A stretch of DNA of 64,000 bases from an uncultured Candidatus Berkelbacteria bacterium (GTDB lineage: Bacteria > Patescibacteriota > UBA1384 > UBA12157 > JAENIV01): positions 189,492 to 253,491 of the forward strand of contig OY969116.1 of assembly GCA_963698075.1 (NCBI GenBank), read 5' to 3'. Under the pieces are notes generated by a model. It did not search any database. It saw nothing but the letters and a program-made list of their open reading frames with translations, and was not told where the DNA came from. The position numbers and the translations under genes are program-made. Positions 27,196 to 35,956 of this stretch are shown in pieces; position 1 is the first letter of the stretch, and each line of letters opens with the position of its first letter.

Positions 27196-27837
27196 CTAAA
27201 GAACTTTCTCAATTTCCTTCCAGACTTCCTCAATCATCGGCTCTCCATCGATGTTAATTAATTGACCTCTTTTTTGGTAGTACGAAATTAAAGGGGCGGT
27301 TTGTTTTTCGTAAGTCTCGATTCTCTTCGCCAAAACCTCTGGTTCATCATCATTCCTGAGAATTAATTTTCCACCACAGCTATCGCAGGTTACCTTCCCC
27401 TCGCCGACTGCATCGCGAAAAATCTTCCCGCATTTTTGGCAGATTCGTCTTTTGTGCATCCGCGCGATTAAAGATTCTGGCCTGACGCGGAGATTTAGAA
27501 TTTTAAGATTATCGAGGTTTTTCTCTTTTAAAAAAATATCCAAGTGGGCGGCTTGAAAAACCGTTCGCGGATAACCATCAAAAACGATTCCCTCATTAAT
27601 ATTAATTTCGCTCAGCTTTTTGGCGACGAATTTTTCTACCAAATCGTCGCTGACTAATTGGCCGCCCTCGATTGACTTGGAAAATTCCTCGCCCAAAGCC
27701 GTTTTTTTTCGGATTTCCTCGCGCATAAGATCACCAGTACCAAAATAAGTCAGGCCTAAAGATTGGGCCAGCTTTTTTGCCTGGGTGCCTTTGCCCGAAC
27801 CCGGCGGCCCTAAAAGAATAAAATTAGTAAATTTCAT
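27196..27837 (-). CDS. adk: adenylate kinase (with zinc lid)
   Basis: P-loop GPPGSGKGTQA; lid CxxC...CxxC (CQKCG...CDSCG). Confidence 0.9.
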   Translation of the reverse strand: MKFTNFILLGPPGSGKGTQAKKLAQSLGLTYFGTGDLMREEIRKKTALGEEFSKSIEGGQLVSDDLVEKFVAKKLSEININEGIVFDGYPRTVFQAAHLDIFLKEKNLDNLKILNLRVRPESLIARMHKRRICQKCGKIFRDAVGEGKVTCDSCGGKLILRNDDEPEVLAKRIETYEKQTAPLISYYQKRGQLINIDGEPMIEEVWKEIEKVL

Positions 27838-28478
27838 GATGATGTTCCCGTCGGCGTTGGGCTGATGCTGGGACTAATTGAGGGGCTGGGAGAAGGCGAG
27901 CTCGCATTAGAATCAACTACCTTATCTATTAACCATATATTGTTTTCCTGGGTTACTGTAAAGACTTTTACCTTGGGGCCCGTATAAATTAAATTTACTT
28001 TAACCGTGACGGTATTTTCATCGATCTTTTGGGTTGAAATTATCTCGTAGCTTCGTGCTTTCTCCGCTGAACCCAGAAAGTAATTCAGTTTCGCGCTTAA
28101 ATCGCTTAGATCTTTGCCATTAGCATCTTTAGTTGTTTCTAACTTCGCTTGGGCGACAATGGTCAAGAGGTCCCGCGCTTTATTGGCTTGAATTAGGCCG
28201 TCACTAGTGCTTGAAGATTTTAACCAAAAGTCTAGAAAGTCGGTGATGGTTTTTTCCGATTTTATTTTCCATATGGCCACGGTCACTTCCACTGAAGGCG
28301 AAGGCATGGCCTGACCCTTGGTGCCGATAATATAATTGGCATAATACCAATAGCCGCCACCGCCGATTATAAGAATGACGATTGTCACAATCAACCACTT
28401 AAGAATCCCGCCCCCTGACGACTCACCCGGTGTTTCGGAGCCATTCGCTCCCGGATTTTCCAAAACGCTCTGATTCAA
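27834..28478 (-). CDS. membrane-anchored hypothetical protein with Ser/Pro-rich tail
   Basis: N-terminal TM and a C-terminal SPSPSPSISPSISPTPTG low-complexity tail. Confidence 0.5.
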   Translation of the reverse strand: MNQSVLENPGANGSETPGESSGGGILKWLIVTIVILIIGGGGYWYYANYIIGTKGQAMPSPSVEVTVAIWKIKSEKTITDFLDFWLKSSSTSDGLIQANKARDLLTIVAQAKLETTKDANGKDLSDLSAKLNYFLGSAEKARSYEIISTQKIDENTVTVKVNLIYTGPKVKVFTVTQENNIWLIDKVVDSNASSPSPSPSISPSISPTPTGTSS

Positions 28479-28490
28479 AATATCTCCTTA

Positions 28491-29180
28491 TTAAATCTTT
28501 TTAATCGATTGGATCGCCCAAATCCCTTTTTCACCTTTTGTTATCGGCTGAGTAAGGGTGATTAAGAAGTTGCCGCCTTCGGAACTGGCCTGGACCGTGG
28601 CCGTGCCATTGGCGTCATCACGGTTCTTGATAGTGTAAGTATCAGTCACTTTTAAACCGTAGACGTTCGGCGCATCCGCTCTGGCAGTTTCATCGGGAGC
28701 CAGGCGCCATTGGGTTTTGCCTTGGTCGACTTGGTTTTGAATGGCTGTCGCCTTGGTGTTATCGATCATAAACTCGACTTGACCATTTTCCGGAATGTAA
28801 AGTACCTGGCCTGCTTGAATTTTATCAGCATCCGTAATCCCGTTGGCTTCGGAAAGGTCCGCCAAGGTAGTCCCTTGTTTTTGGGCAATGCCAAAAAGAG
28901 TCTCTTTGGCTTGGATGGTATAGGTTTTATTCGGGCTTGATGGTTTTTCCGTCGCCGGCCGTGAAACCGCGGTCGAAACCTGCGGCCCCGGCGTAGCCGC
29001 CGCCTCCGTTGAGGCGGTCGCCGGAGATTTTGTACTCTCGACTCCTGCTTTCTTCGAGTTGGTCGAACGGCTTTTGGCAGCAAAAAAAGTCGTGGTTGAA
29101 GCCAAAATTGCTACTAATATAACCAATCCATAAAATAAAATTTTCATTTGCTTGTTCATCATTCTCCTTACTGGAGCCAT
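28491..29180 (-). CDS. LysM-domain cell-surface protein
   Basis: YTIQAKETLFGIAQKQGTTLADLSEANGI...GQVLYIP is a LysM motif. N-terminal signal anchor. Confidence 0.65.
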   Translation of the reverse strand: MAPVRRMMNKQMKILFYGLVILVAILASTTTFFAAKSRSTNSKKAGVESTKSPATASTEAAATPGPQVSTAVSRPATEKPSSPNKTYTIQAKETLFGIAQKQGTTLADLSEANGITDADKIQAGQVLYIPENGQVEFMIDNTKATAIQNQVDQGKTQWRLAPDETARADAPNVYGLKVTDTYTIKNRDDANGTATVQASSEGGNFLITLTQPITKGEKGIWAIQSIKKI

Positions 29181-30151
29181 CCTAAAATTTGAATCGCTTT
29201 ACCCATGGCTTTTTGGCTCGAATCCTTTAGATTTTCGATAAAAATTTGGCCATTGGTTTTATCGTCGATACTCTGGTTGTACTGAGCCACCAAGAAACAC
29301 AAAAACTTTTCATCGGCACTCGAGAATATGAAATTCGCCTGGCCACCGCTAAAGTCAGCCACTTTATTCATCTTATCATCAGCGATTTCAATTGTCTCGA
29401 GACTACCTTCGTGGCTGCCAATGTTTCTCAGAGAGAAAACAATTTTCCGATCTGAAACCCATGAAAGCCAATCAACGATTTTGCCTTCAAAACTTTTTAG
29501 AGTAGAAACATCTTTAGAACTAACATTGACAATTTTAATCTGGCCCTCAGTTCCCGAAGAAGCGGCAAAAGCCACTTTTGATCCTAGCGTGTCCCAGGCC
29601 GGAGATCTGATTTCTGAGGAACTATTAAATAATTTTTGCTGGTCGGAACCGGTATTTTGCTCTATATAAAGGGTGTAGCCGTAATTTTCCTCCGTGTTGG
29701 AAAATTTGATATAGGCGATCTTTTCGGCATCTTGGGTAATTGACCAGTAAAGCGGGCGGCTGAAAGTGCTCTGGAGCGTCTCTTTGGCCCCACTGCCAAG
29801 ATTAATCAAGATTAGTTTGCCCGAGCCTGCCTTAGGGTCTTTATTGGTAATCGCCAGAATCTTTTGATTGCTTGCCGCCAGGTTAGAAACCTTAATTAAT
29901 TTTTCTGATTCATCAGCGTCAGTAAAGATTTTTTTTAACTTGCCGCCTAAATCTTTCATCCAGATTTCTTTAGCATTACCCGAAATCAAGTAAACGAAGG
30001 CGGCATCTTTTCCGCTTGCCTGAATCAGTGGATTGGATGTCCCGGCTTGAGGCTCAGACGCCGTTTGATTAAGATAGGTTTTATTGACATACCAAGCTAA
30101 CCCACCAATCACAAGCAAAATCAAAATAGTAGTGATTGTTTTTTGGGCCAT
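29168..30151 (-). CDS. TolB-like beta-propeller (PD40 repeat) exported protein
   Basis: N-terminal anchor and repeated PD40-like segments. Confidence 0.45.
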   Translation of the reverse strand: MAQKTITTILILLVIGGLAWYVNKTYLNQTASEPQAGTSNPLIQASGKDAAFVYLISGNAKEIWMKDLGGKLKKIFTDADESEKLIKVSNLAASNQKILAITNKDPKAGSGKLILINLGSGAKETLQSTFSRPLYWSITQDAEKIAYIKFSNTEENYGYTLYIEQNTGSDQQKLFNSSSEIRSPAWDTLGSKVAFAASSGTEGQIKIVNVSSKDVSTLKSFEGKIVDWLSWVSDRKIVFSLRNIGSHEGSLETIEIADDKMNKVADFSGGQANFIFSSADEKFLCFLVAQYNQSIDDKTNGQIFIENLKDSSQKAMGKAIQILGWLQ

Positions 30152-30182
30152 TGGACCTAGGCTAAATTTTTAATTAAATCCT

Positions 30183-30506
30183 TTATTCGGCGGCTGAGGC
30201 GCTGGTGGTCGGTGACGGAGAAACAGCAGCCGAAGCCGATGCCGATGGTGATGCCTTGGGCGAAGTCGAAGCCGAGACAGTGGGCGAAGTCGTCACACTG
30301 GTAGTCGGCGAAGGTGATTTCTTCACTGTCACCGTTGGCGAAGGTGAAGCGGTTTTCGTCCCAGTCTTGGATGACTTGGTGTAATACCAAACTCCGACGG
30401 CCGCCAGAATGACAACGACTAAGATGATCAAGAGCCACTTAAGGGCTCCGCCACCGCCTCCAGCGGGCATGGGTGCCTGAGGCATCCCGGGTTGTGGTTG
30501 GTTCAT
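30183..30506 (-). CDS. membrane-anchored Ser/Thr/Pro-rich small protein
   Basis: MNQPQPGMPQ..., TM, then an SPSPT-rich tail. Confidence 0.4.
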   Translation of the reverse strand: MNQPQPGMPQAPMPAGGGGGALKWLLIILVVVILAAVGVWYYTKSSKTGTKTASPSPTVTVKKSPSPTTSVTTSPTVSASTSPKASPSASASAAVSPSPTTSASAAE

Positions 30507-30534
30507 TAAAACCCTCCTTAACTTTAATATTAAA

Positions 30535-31074
30535 CTATTTATTTGTGAATTGGAAGGTGGAAAGGACATTATTGGTAATAAAATCCGGCACAGTCGTTGA
30601 TTTATCTTTCCAATCACTCGTCGGTACGCCCGTATTTAAACCATAAGCAAAAACATACTGATTGTTTTGATTAATCAATGTCGGTATCGGGCCTTGCTCT
30701 TTTTGGATAGCACTCCACTGGGTCGGCGTGTAAACATAGAGATAAAATGCTTCATATACCCCTGGAGCATCACTTGACGGCAGATCCATCGTGTAAAATG
30801 CCGTGGTGCCTTGGCTGGTGGATTTTTTCATAAAGTATCCCTGCCAAGCTCCCGGTAAAGTCAAAGTAAAACCGTAATCTTGATTGGTATAGGTTAAACT
30901 GGCCGAAGCCGGTGGCGAAGTTGTAGTCGTTGCTGTTGGACTCGGATTTAAAGTCGTCGTTCCGGTTGGCTGAACGTATTTGATATAGTACCAGTAAGAA
31001 ATTCCTAAAATCACGACTAACACCAAAACTGTTAATAGCCAGGGGAGAAAATTGGTCTTTGTTTTTTGATCCAT
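30535..31074 (-). CDS. membrane-anchored hypothetical protein
   Basis: N-terminal TM and a T/S/P-rich linker. RBS GAGAGGGG. Its ATG directly follows the third secY-tail copy. Confidence 0.5.
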   Translation of the reverse strand: MDQKTKTNFLPWLLTVLVLVVILGISYWYYIKYVQPTGTTTLNPSPTATTTTSPPASASLTYTNQDYGFTLTLPGAWQGYFMKKSTSQGTTAFYTMDLPSSDAPGVYEAFYLYVYTPTQWSAIQKEQGPIPTLINQNNQYVFAYGLNTGVPTSDWKDKSTTVPDFITNNVLSTFQFTNK

Positions 31075-31090
31075 GTCTGCCCCTCTCGAA

Positions 31091-31276
31091 TTAATAGGTT
31101 TCGTATTGACGCATCAGCAACTGCGCCTGAATTTGTCTCATCGTTTCAATTACGTTTTTCGTAACCGGAAAAGGAATAGAGACAATGGCTTTTGGCAACT
31201 GGTACGATTTAATAATTTTCGTACTGTCGCATCAATAACTGGGCTTGGATCTGACGCATTGTCTCTATTAAAATTC
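31091..31276 (-). repeat. two extra diverged copies of the secY 3' terminus (last about 21 codons plus stop), tandem to the native secY end at 31321-31386
   Basis: Minus-strand translations are IETMRQIQAQLLMRQYENY* (31209-31271) and IETMRQIQAQLLMRQYETY* (31091-31153). The native end is IIETMRQIQAQLLMRQYETY*. Period is about 112-118 nt. Nucleotide identity is about 75-85 percent, with differences almost all synonymous. Confidence 0.8.
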
Positions 31277-31320
31277 TCCTTGAATTTAATTGAAACTTTT
31301 CCTTTTACCATTCTTAAGGT

Positions 31321-32664
31321 TTAATAAGTCTCATACTGGCGCATCAGAAGCTGCGCCTGGATTTGCCTCATCGTTTCAATTATAACAGAAACCATAATTA
31401 AAACACCAGTGCCACCAATAACCAAAGTGTTAACCTTCGTAATCGCCTGAACAATAAACGGCAATACCGCAATTACTCCCAAGAAAACGGCCCCGGTGAG
31501 ATTTACCCGAGAAATAATCCGTGAAAGATACCCTGCCGTCTCCTGGCCCGGCCTGACCCCAGGGATAAAGCCGCCTTGTTTTTGTAAGTTTTCGGCAATC
31601 TGGGTCGGTTTGAGGATAATCCCGGTATAGAAAAAGGTAAAAAGGATTACCAAAATAAAGTAGGCAATCCCATAAAACCAGTTATTGGTAAAAAGGTTGG
31701 CCACCCAGGTAGCGGCCTGGGCAAGCCACTCCGAACGCGCTTGAGAGAGGAATTTGGCCCCGACGCCCGGGAAAAGCATAATTGACATCGCAAAAATGAT
31801 TGGGATAACCCCAGCCGTATTGACCCGAATCGGTAAATGGGTGTCCACCCCGCCGTATGCCTTCAATCCACGAATGCGCCTGGCGTAGGAAACGGGAATT
31901 TGCCGCCGGCCTTCATTGACGATGACGATTAAAATCACCACCGCCAGGGCGATTAAACCAAAGATGATTAGACCAATAATTTTCGTCGTATCTAAAACCG
32001 CGAGGGTATTGCGAACCTGGGCCGGCAGGCCCGCCACAATCCCTAACGTAATAATTAAAGAAACGCCGTTACCGATCCCATTTTCGGAAATGAGCTCGCC
32101 GATCCACATGAGAAGTATCGTTCCAGCGGTAATCGAGATAAGCATTACCGCCAACTGTATCGGCGTCCAAGAAATGACAATTTGCTGATTGCGAAGCAAA
32201 ACCAACATGCTGTAAGACTGAATCAACGCCAATGGCACGGTTAGGATCCTCGTCCAATAATTAATCTTTTGCTGGCCGCTCTCCCCTTCTTTTTGGAGCT
32301 CCTCTAAGGAAGGAATGACCATCGTCAAGAGCTGGACAATAATTGAGGAAGTAATGTAAGGACCAACGCCCATCATAATAATCGAAAAGTTCTCCATTGC
32401 CCCGCCGGAAAACATGTTCAAAAGCCCGAAAATTTGGTTCCGGCCAAAAAAATCTCTCAGTTGAACAATATCGACGCCGGGTAAAGGAATGTGGGCCAAA
32501 ACCCTGGCGATCAGTAACAGGGCGACGGCATATAAAACTCGCCGTCTTAAATCCGGCAAAGTAAAAATCTGTTTTAAAGTCTCCCAAAAACGCATAAAAA
32601 CAACCTTTCTTTTTAGGTCTATTTCTATCTTATCACTTGCTCCGAAATAGTCAATAAATCCCAA
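31321..32664 (-). CDS. secY: preprotein translocase SecY
   Basis: 447 aa, 10 TM, in the canonical position after rplO in the spc operon. Confidence 0.9.
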   Translation of the reverse strand: MGFIDYFGASDKIEIDLKRKVVFMRFWETLKQIFTLPDLRRRVLYAVALLLIARVLAHIPLPGVDIVQLRDFFGRNQIFGLLNMFSGGAMENFSIIMMGVGPYITSSIIVQLLTMVIPSLEELQKEGESGQQKINYWTRILTVPLALIQSYSMLVLLRNQQIVISWTPIQLAVMLISITAGTILLMWIGELISENGIGNGVSLIITLGIVAGLPAQVRNTLAVLDTTKIIGLIIFGLIALAVVILIVIVNEGRRQIPVSYARRIRGLKAYGGVDTHLPIRVNTAGVIPIIFAMSIMLFPGVGAKFLSQARSEWLAQAATWVANLFTNNWFYGIAYFILVILFTFFYTGIILKPTQIAENLQKQGGFIPGVRPGQETAGYLSRIISRVNLTGAVFLGVIAVLPFIVQAITKVNTLVIGGTGVLIMVSVIIETMRQIQAQLLMRQYETY

Positions 32665-32671
32665 GCTTAGT

Positions 32672-32700
32672 TTGACAGAAGGAATCGTCTTTTATATAAT
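32672..32700 (+). promoter_or_regulatory. consensus sigma70 promoter (TTGACA-17-TATAAT), divergent from secY
   Basis: Exact consensus hexamers with 17-nt spacing. RBS AAGGGAG and the ATG at 32729 are downstream. Confidence 0.5.
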
Positions 32701-32728
32701 CTTTTTAGACGCGACAAGGGAGCAAGGC

Positions 32729-33124
32729 ATGGGACAGGTAACGATCGACTCTCATGACGGCGTACCACTAACTTGGCCGCACTGCAAAGATCTGCGCTGG
32801 TACCGATCCGGGAGTTTCAGTCTGAACGATCACGACCGTCAGGCGATTCTCAACCATTTCGGCATGAAGGATTGGTACTTCCGCCTCGAACGGGTAGACC
32901 GAACTTCTCCGGCCCAACTCCGGGAATTCGCCGAAAAAGGCATTAGCCTGGATCTGCTCGACAATGAGGAGCTTTTGACGCTTCATCAAAGAACGGCCAC
33001 GCAGTTCGGCATCGTCTTGACCGAAGACCAGGACCAGGAACTGATGACCCGTTGGAAAGGGTTGATGACGAAAGTCGGAGAGACGATCATCGCGCGGATG
33101 CGCCCGAATCCGAATATCACCTAA
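32729..33124 (+). CDS. GC-rich hypothetical protein (about 131 aa)
   Basis: MGQVTIDSHDGVPLTW...; compositionally foreign. Confidence 0.45.
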   Translation: MGQVTIDSHDGVPLTWPHCKDLRWYRSGSFSLNDHDRQAILNHFGMKDWYFRLERVDRTSPAQLREFAEKGISLDLLDNEELLTLHQRTATQFGIVLTEDQDQELMTRWKGLMTKVGETIIARMRPNPNIT

Positions 33125-33239
33125 CGATCAGATCCATCAAATCTTACAAGAGCCCAAAGCCGGGCTCTTTTCCGTTCCCTTGACACCATTAATTTTTGGT
33201 TTATGATAGAACTAAGAACCCAGAACTCAAGGAGGAATA

Positions 33240-33986
33240 ATGAATAAAAAATGGTTGTTTATTGGTCTAATAATTTTATCACTTATCGCGGGTGGCGCAA
33301 TTTATGCCAAATTTGCCGGCCAAGCCCGGGCCGCGTTCCCAGGCGCCCCAGACGGTATTGATTTGCACATCTTACTTGAAGTCAGTGCCGATAATAGCGC
33401 CACTTGGCATAATTTTACCGGGACTGATATCCAGGGCGGCGAGACGCTCAATATCAATTCGGGGACGACGGTTCTTTTTCGGGTGAAAGTTTGGAATGAC
33501 GGCTTGGGGGCTGCGGGTGGCGTCCAAATTATCGGTGAGATTGAAGATGCCGAATATATCACTGAGGCGGGAGTGACCAATAATCAGCTTGGCGACCATC
33601 CATTTACTGGCTTTGATATTGAAAATGGAACACAGGGAGAAGTCGCGGTTGTTAATTTCGGCGGCAATCAAAATAATGGTTATGAGGGACTCCAGGGGTC
33701 AATTACGTTTAGTCTTGATTTTCCGACCGACCAAACAATCCTCATCGGCGCGGTTTGGATTCACGATTATGCCTTAATTGGTTATCGAAATAATAATCAA
33801 TTTATTCGTGTGGCTCACGCCAATGGTGTCAATAACTTTTCACAAGTCAGATTAGTCGTTAATCGTGCTCACGCCAGCATCGGCGTAAAACTGACTCCCA
33901 CGCCATCACCCGCCGCCTCCGCGATCGCGACCTTACCTTCCACCGGTAGCTCGATTTTGGAGGATTTAAAGAACTGGTGGCGCTAA
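33240..33986 (+). CDS. secreted protein with C-terminal LPSTG motif (paralog of 35957..36763)
   Basis: Signal anchor. Shared N-terminal block GIDLH...SADN.ATWHN. C-terminus ...ATLPSTGSSILEDLKNWWR* lacks a TM segment. Confidence 0.6.
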   Translation: MNKKWLFIGLIILSLIAGGAIYAKFAGQARAAFPGAPDGIDLHILLEVSADNSATWHNFTGTDIQGGETLNINSGTTVLFRVKVWNDGLGAAGGVQIIGEIEDAEYITEAGVTNNQLGDHPFTGFDIENGTQGEVAVVNFGGNQNNGYEGLQGSITFSLDFPTDQTILIGAVWIHDYALIGYRNNNQFIRVAHANGVNNFSQVRLVVNRAHASIGVKLTPTPSPAASAIATLPSTGSSILEDLKNWWR

Positions 33987-34462
33987 ACTTAATTTATCTA
34001 ATTATTGCTGCGATTCTTCTTTTAGCCGGGGCGGCGAGCACGCTTTTGCTAGTTTTTCCGTCCTTGGCTTTTATGTTTTTGGTCGCTTTCGGCTACGCCT
34101 TACTCGATCATTTTGAACATCTTTCGGCGGTCGAACTGGGAATTTTGGCGGCCATGGCCATCTTAGCCGAAACCATTGATTATTTGGCCGGATTTATCGG
34201 TGCTAAAATCGGCGGTGCCAAAACTAAATCATTGCTTTTAGGAATAGTGGGGTTAATCATCGGAATGGTAATTTATCCACCCTTAGGCGGCATTTTTGGA
34301 CTCTTTTTAGGCATTGTCCTGGGTGAAATTTTGTCATACAAAGAATTAGCAAAAGCCTTCAGAGCCGGCTTCGCCGGGGTTCTTGGGTCACTTGCCGGTA
34401 CAATCGTTAAAATGATTTTAGCAGTTTTGTTTTTAGTCCTCTTTTTAGTCTTTACGCTTTAA
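33977..34462 (+). CDS. DUF456-like small membrane protein (paralog of 63357..63839)
   Basis: About 70 percent identical to the ORF at 63357-63839; Gly-rich TM helices. Confidence 0.6.
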   Translation: MALNLIYLIIAAILLLAGAASTLLLVFPSLAFMFLVAFGYALLDHFEHLSAVELGILAAMAILAETIDYLAGFIGAKIGGAKTKSLLLGIVGLIIGMVIYPPLGGIFGLFLGIVLGEILSYKELAKAFRAGFAGVLGSLAGTIVKMILAVLFLVLFLVFTL

Positions 34463-34787
34463 GGTATAACAAAAGATTACCAACGATGAGGGTTTCATCT
34501 TCGGTGTAGGGCGAGTAGAGGGCCCGCGCAGAGACTTCTTCCCAGGTTGGGTAATTGATGGCTGAGGTGATGATCCCGGCGCCATCGACATTGAGAATCC
34601 TTAGCAGGGTGAAGTCAGTCTCGAGCACGATCTCGCCCGGGCCATGGAAAGCCACATCTTGACCGCCCCATGATTCATCCAGCCGGATCTCGATTTGGCT
34701 ACCTCGCAAGCGGCCACCGATAGCGCCACAGCCGACAGGAGTGATAACCCGGGTACCAGGTTTCTTCCACTTGGGGCTCAAGGGCAT
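34452..34787 (-). CDS. GC-rich hypothetical protein
   Basis: Probable start MPLSPKWKKPG after RBS AAGGAGG. Promoter TTGACT-17-TATTAT upstream on the minus strand. Confidence 0.4.
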   Translation of the reverse strand: MPLSPKWKKPGTRVITPVGCGAIGGRLRGSQIEIRLDESWGGQDVAFHGPGEIVLETDFTLLRILNVDGAGIITSAINYPTWEEVSARALYSPYTEDETLIVGNLLLYLKA

Positions 34788-35133
34788 GGACGTTACCTCC
34801 TTAATTGAGCTAGGTAGATAATAACATGAAGATTTCCGAAAGTCAATCAAAAAACAGGTTGGTGCTTTTCTTGATTCTACAAACGCTAAAATCTTCTTTC
34901 CCCTTGACTTTTTTCCCAACCTATGCTATACTTAATTAACTTAAGAGTTAGCTACGTACTAAATTTTAAGTATTGGCTCGTTGTCAAGACCAAACGTTCT
35001 TCAATACTCCCATTTATATTCGGCATTACTATTCCGAACGGAAGTCAACTTAGAGAATGCTTGGCAGCGGGCTAAATCTCTCTTCGACCATCTTACACCG
35101 GTCGTTTTGTGGTATGATTAAAAAAGGAGGAAT

Positions 35134-35598
35134 ATGAATAAGATCTGGAAATTTGTGATTTCAATTCTCGTAAGTTTTTTAGCTGGAGCCATTGGCTCGA
35201 TTTTTACCACGCCGGCAATCAGAGACTGGTATCCAACCTTAGTCAAACCCGGGTTTAATCCTCCCAATTGGCTTTTTGCGCCAGCCTGGACCGTTCTATA
35301 TATCTTAATGGGAATTGCTTTGTATTTGGTCTGGATCTCGAGCAGGGAAAATAAAAAGATTGCCTACATTGTCTTTTTTGTCCAGTTGGCCTTAAACGCT
35401 CTTTGGTCTTATATTTTCTTTGGCGCTCACGAGTTGGGCTGGGCTTTTTTCGAGATTGTCGTGTTGTGGCTGGCCATTCTGGGGACAATTATTGCTTTTA
35501 ATCGCATCTTAAAACCAGCGGCTTATTTGCTAATTCCCTATATTCTTTGGGTGATATTCGCCGCTGTTTTGAACTACAGTGTTTGGCATTTAAATTAA
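35134..35598 (+). CDS. TspO/MBR (tryptophan-rich sensory protein) family membrane protein
   Basis: NPPNWLFAPAWTVLYILMGIA...WSYIFFG matches conserved TspO motifs; 5 TM. Confidence 0.7.
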   Translation: MNKIWKFVISILVSFLAGAIGSIFTTPAIRDWYPTLVKPGFNPPNWLFAPAWTVLYILMGIALYLVWISSRENKKIAYIVFFVQLALNALWSYIFFGAHELGWAFFEIVVLWLAILGTIIAFNRILKPAAYLLIPYILWVIFAAVLNYSVWHLN

Positions 35599-35621
35599 AA
35601 ATTGATGGGGCCAATAAGATT

Positions 35622-35882
35622 ATGAAAAAATATTGGTCTGGGAAAGTAACAAAAGAAAGTAATGCTTTAGATTTAGAACCGGGTGTTTTTACATGGGACG
35701 ATCCGAAAAGAATCGCCCAGTCGCTCGCAAATTCGGCGAAAATTAGTACCCGTCGCAAAGGCACGCCAATGCAGTCGGCAATGTCAATGTTAAATTTTTA
35801 TATTAATCGCGCGGGCAAAAATCTGTCCAAAGAGCGCCGCGAAATTCTTGAGAAAACCAAAGTAGAACTTAGAAAGATGTAA
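35622..35882 (+). CDS. DUF3175-like small protein
   Basis: LDLEPGVFTWDDPKRIAQSL...STRRKGTPMQSAMSMLNFYINRAGKNL matches the DUF3175 conserved core. Confidence 0.5.
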   Translation: MKKYWSGKVTKESNALDLEPGVFTWDDPKRIAQSLANSAKISTRRKGTPMQSAMSMLNFYINRAGKNLSKERREILEKTKVELRKM

Positions 35883-35956
35883 TATTAAAACTTGACAAAT
35901 TTCTCGGGTAGTGTATGTTATTTATGAGATAAGTTTACAAGAACTACGGAGGGGAA

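Noticed and set aside
31073-31324. 83-aa plus-strand ORF spanning the secY-tail repeat array
   Set aside because: It lies on the opposite strand from the conserved reading frame of the repeats, and its sequence is low complexity. The conserved codons are on the minus strand.
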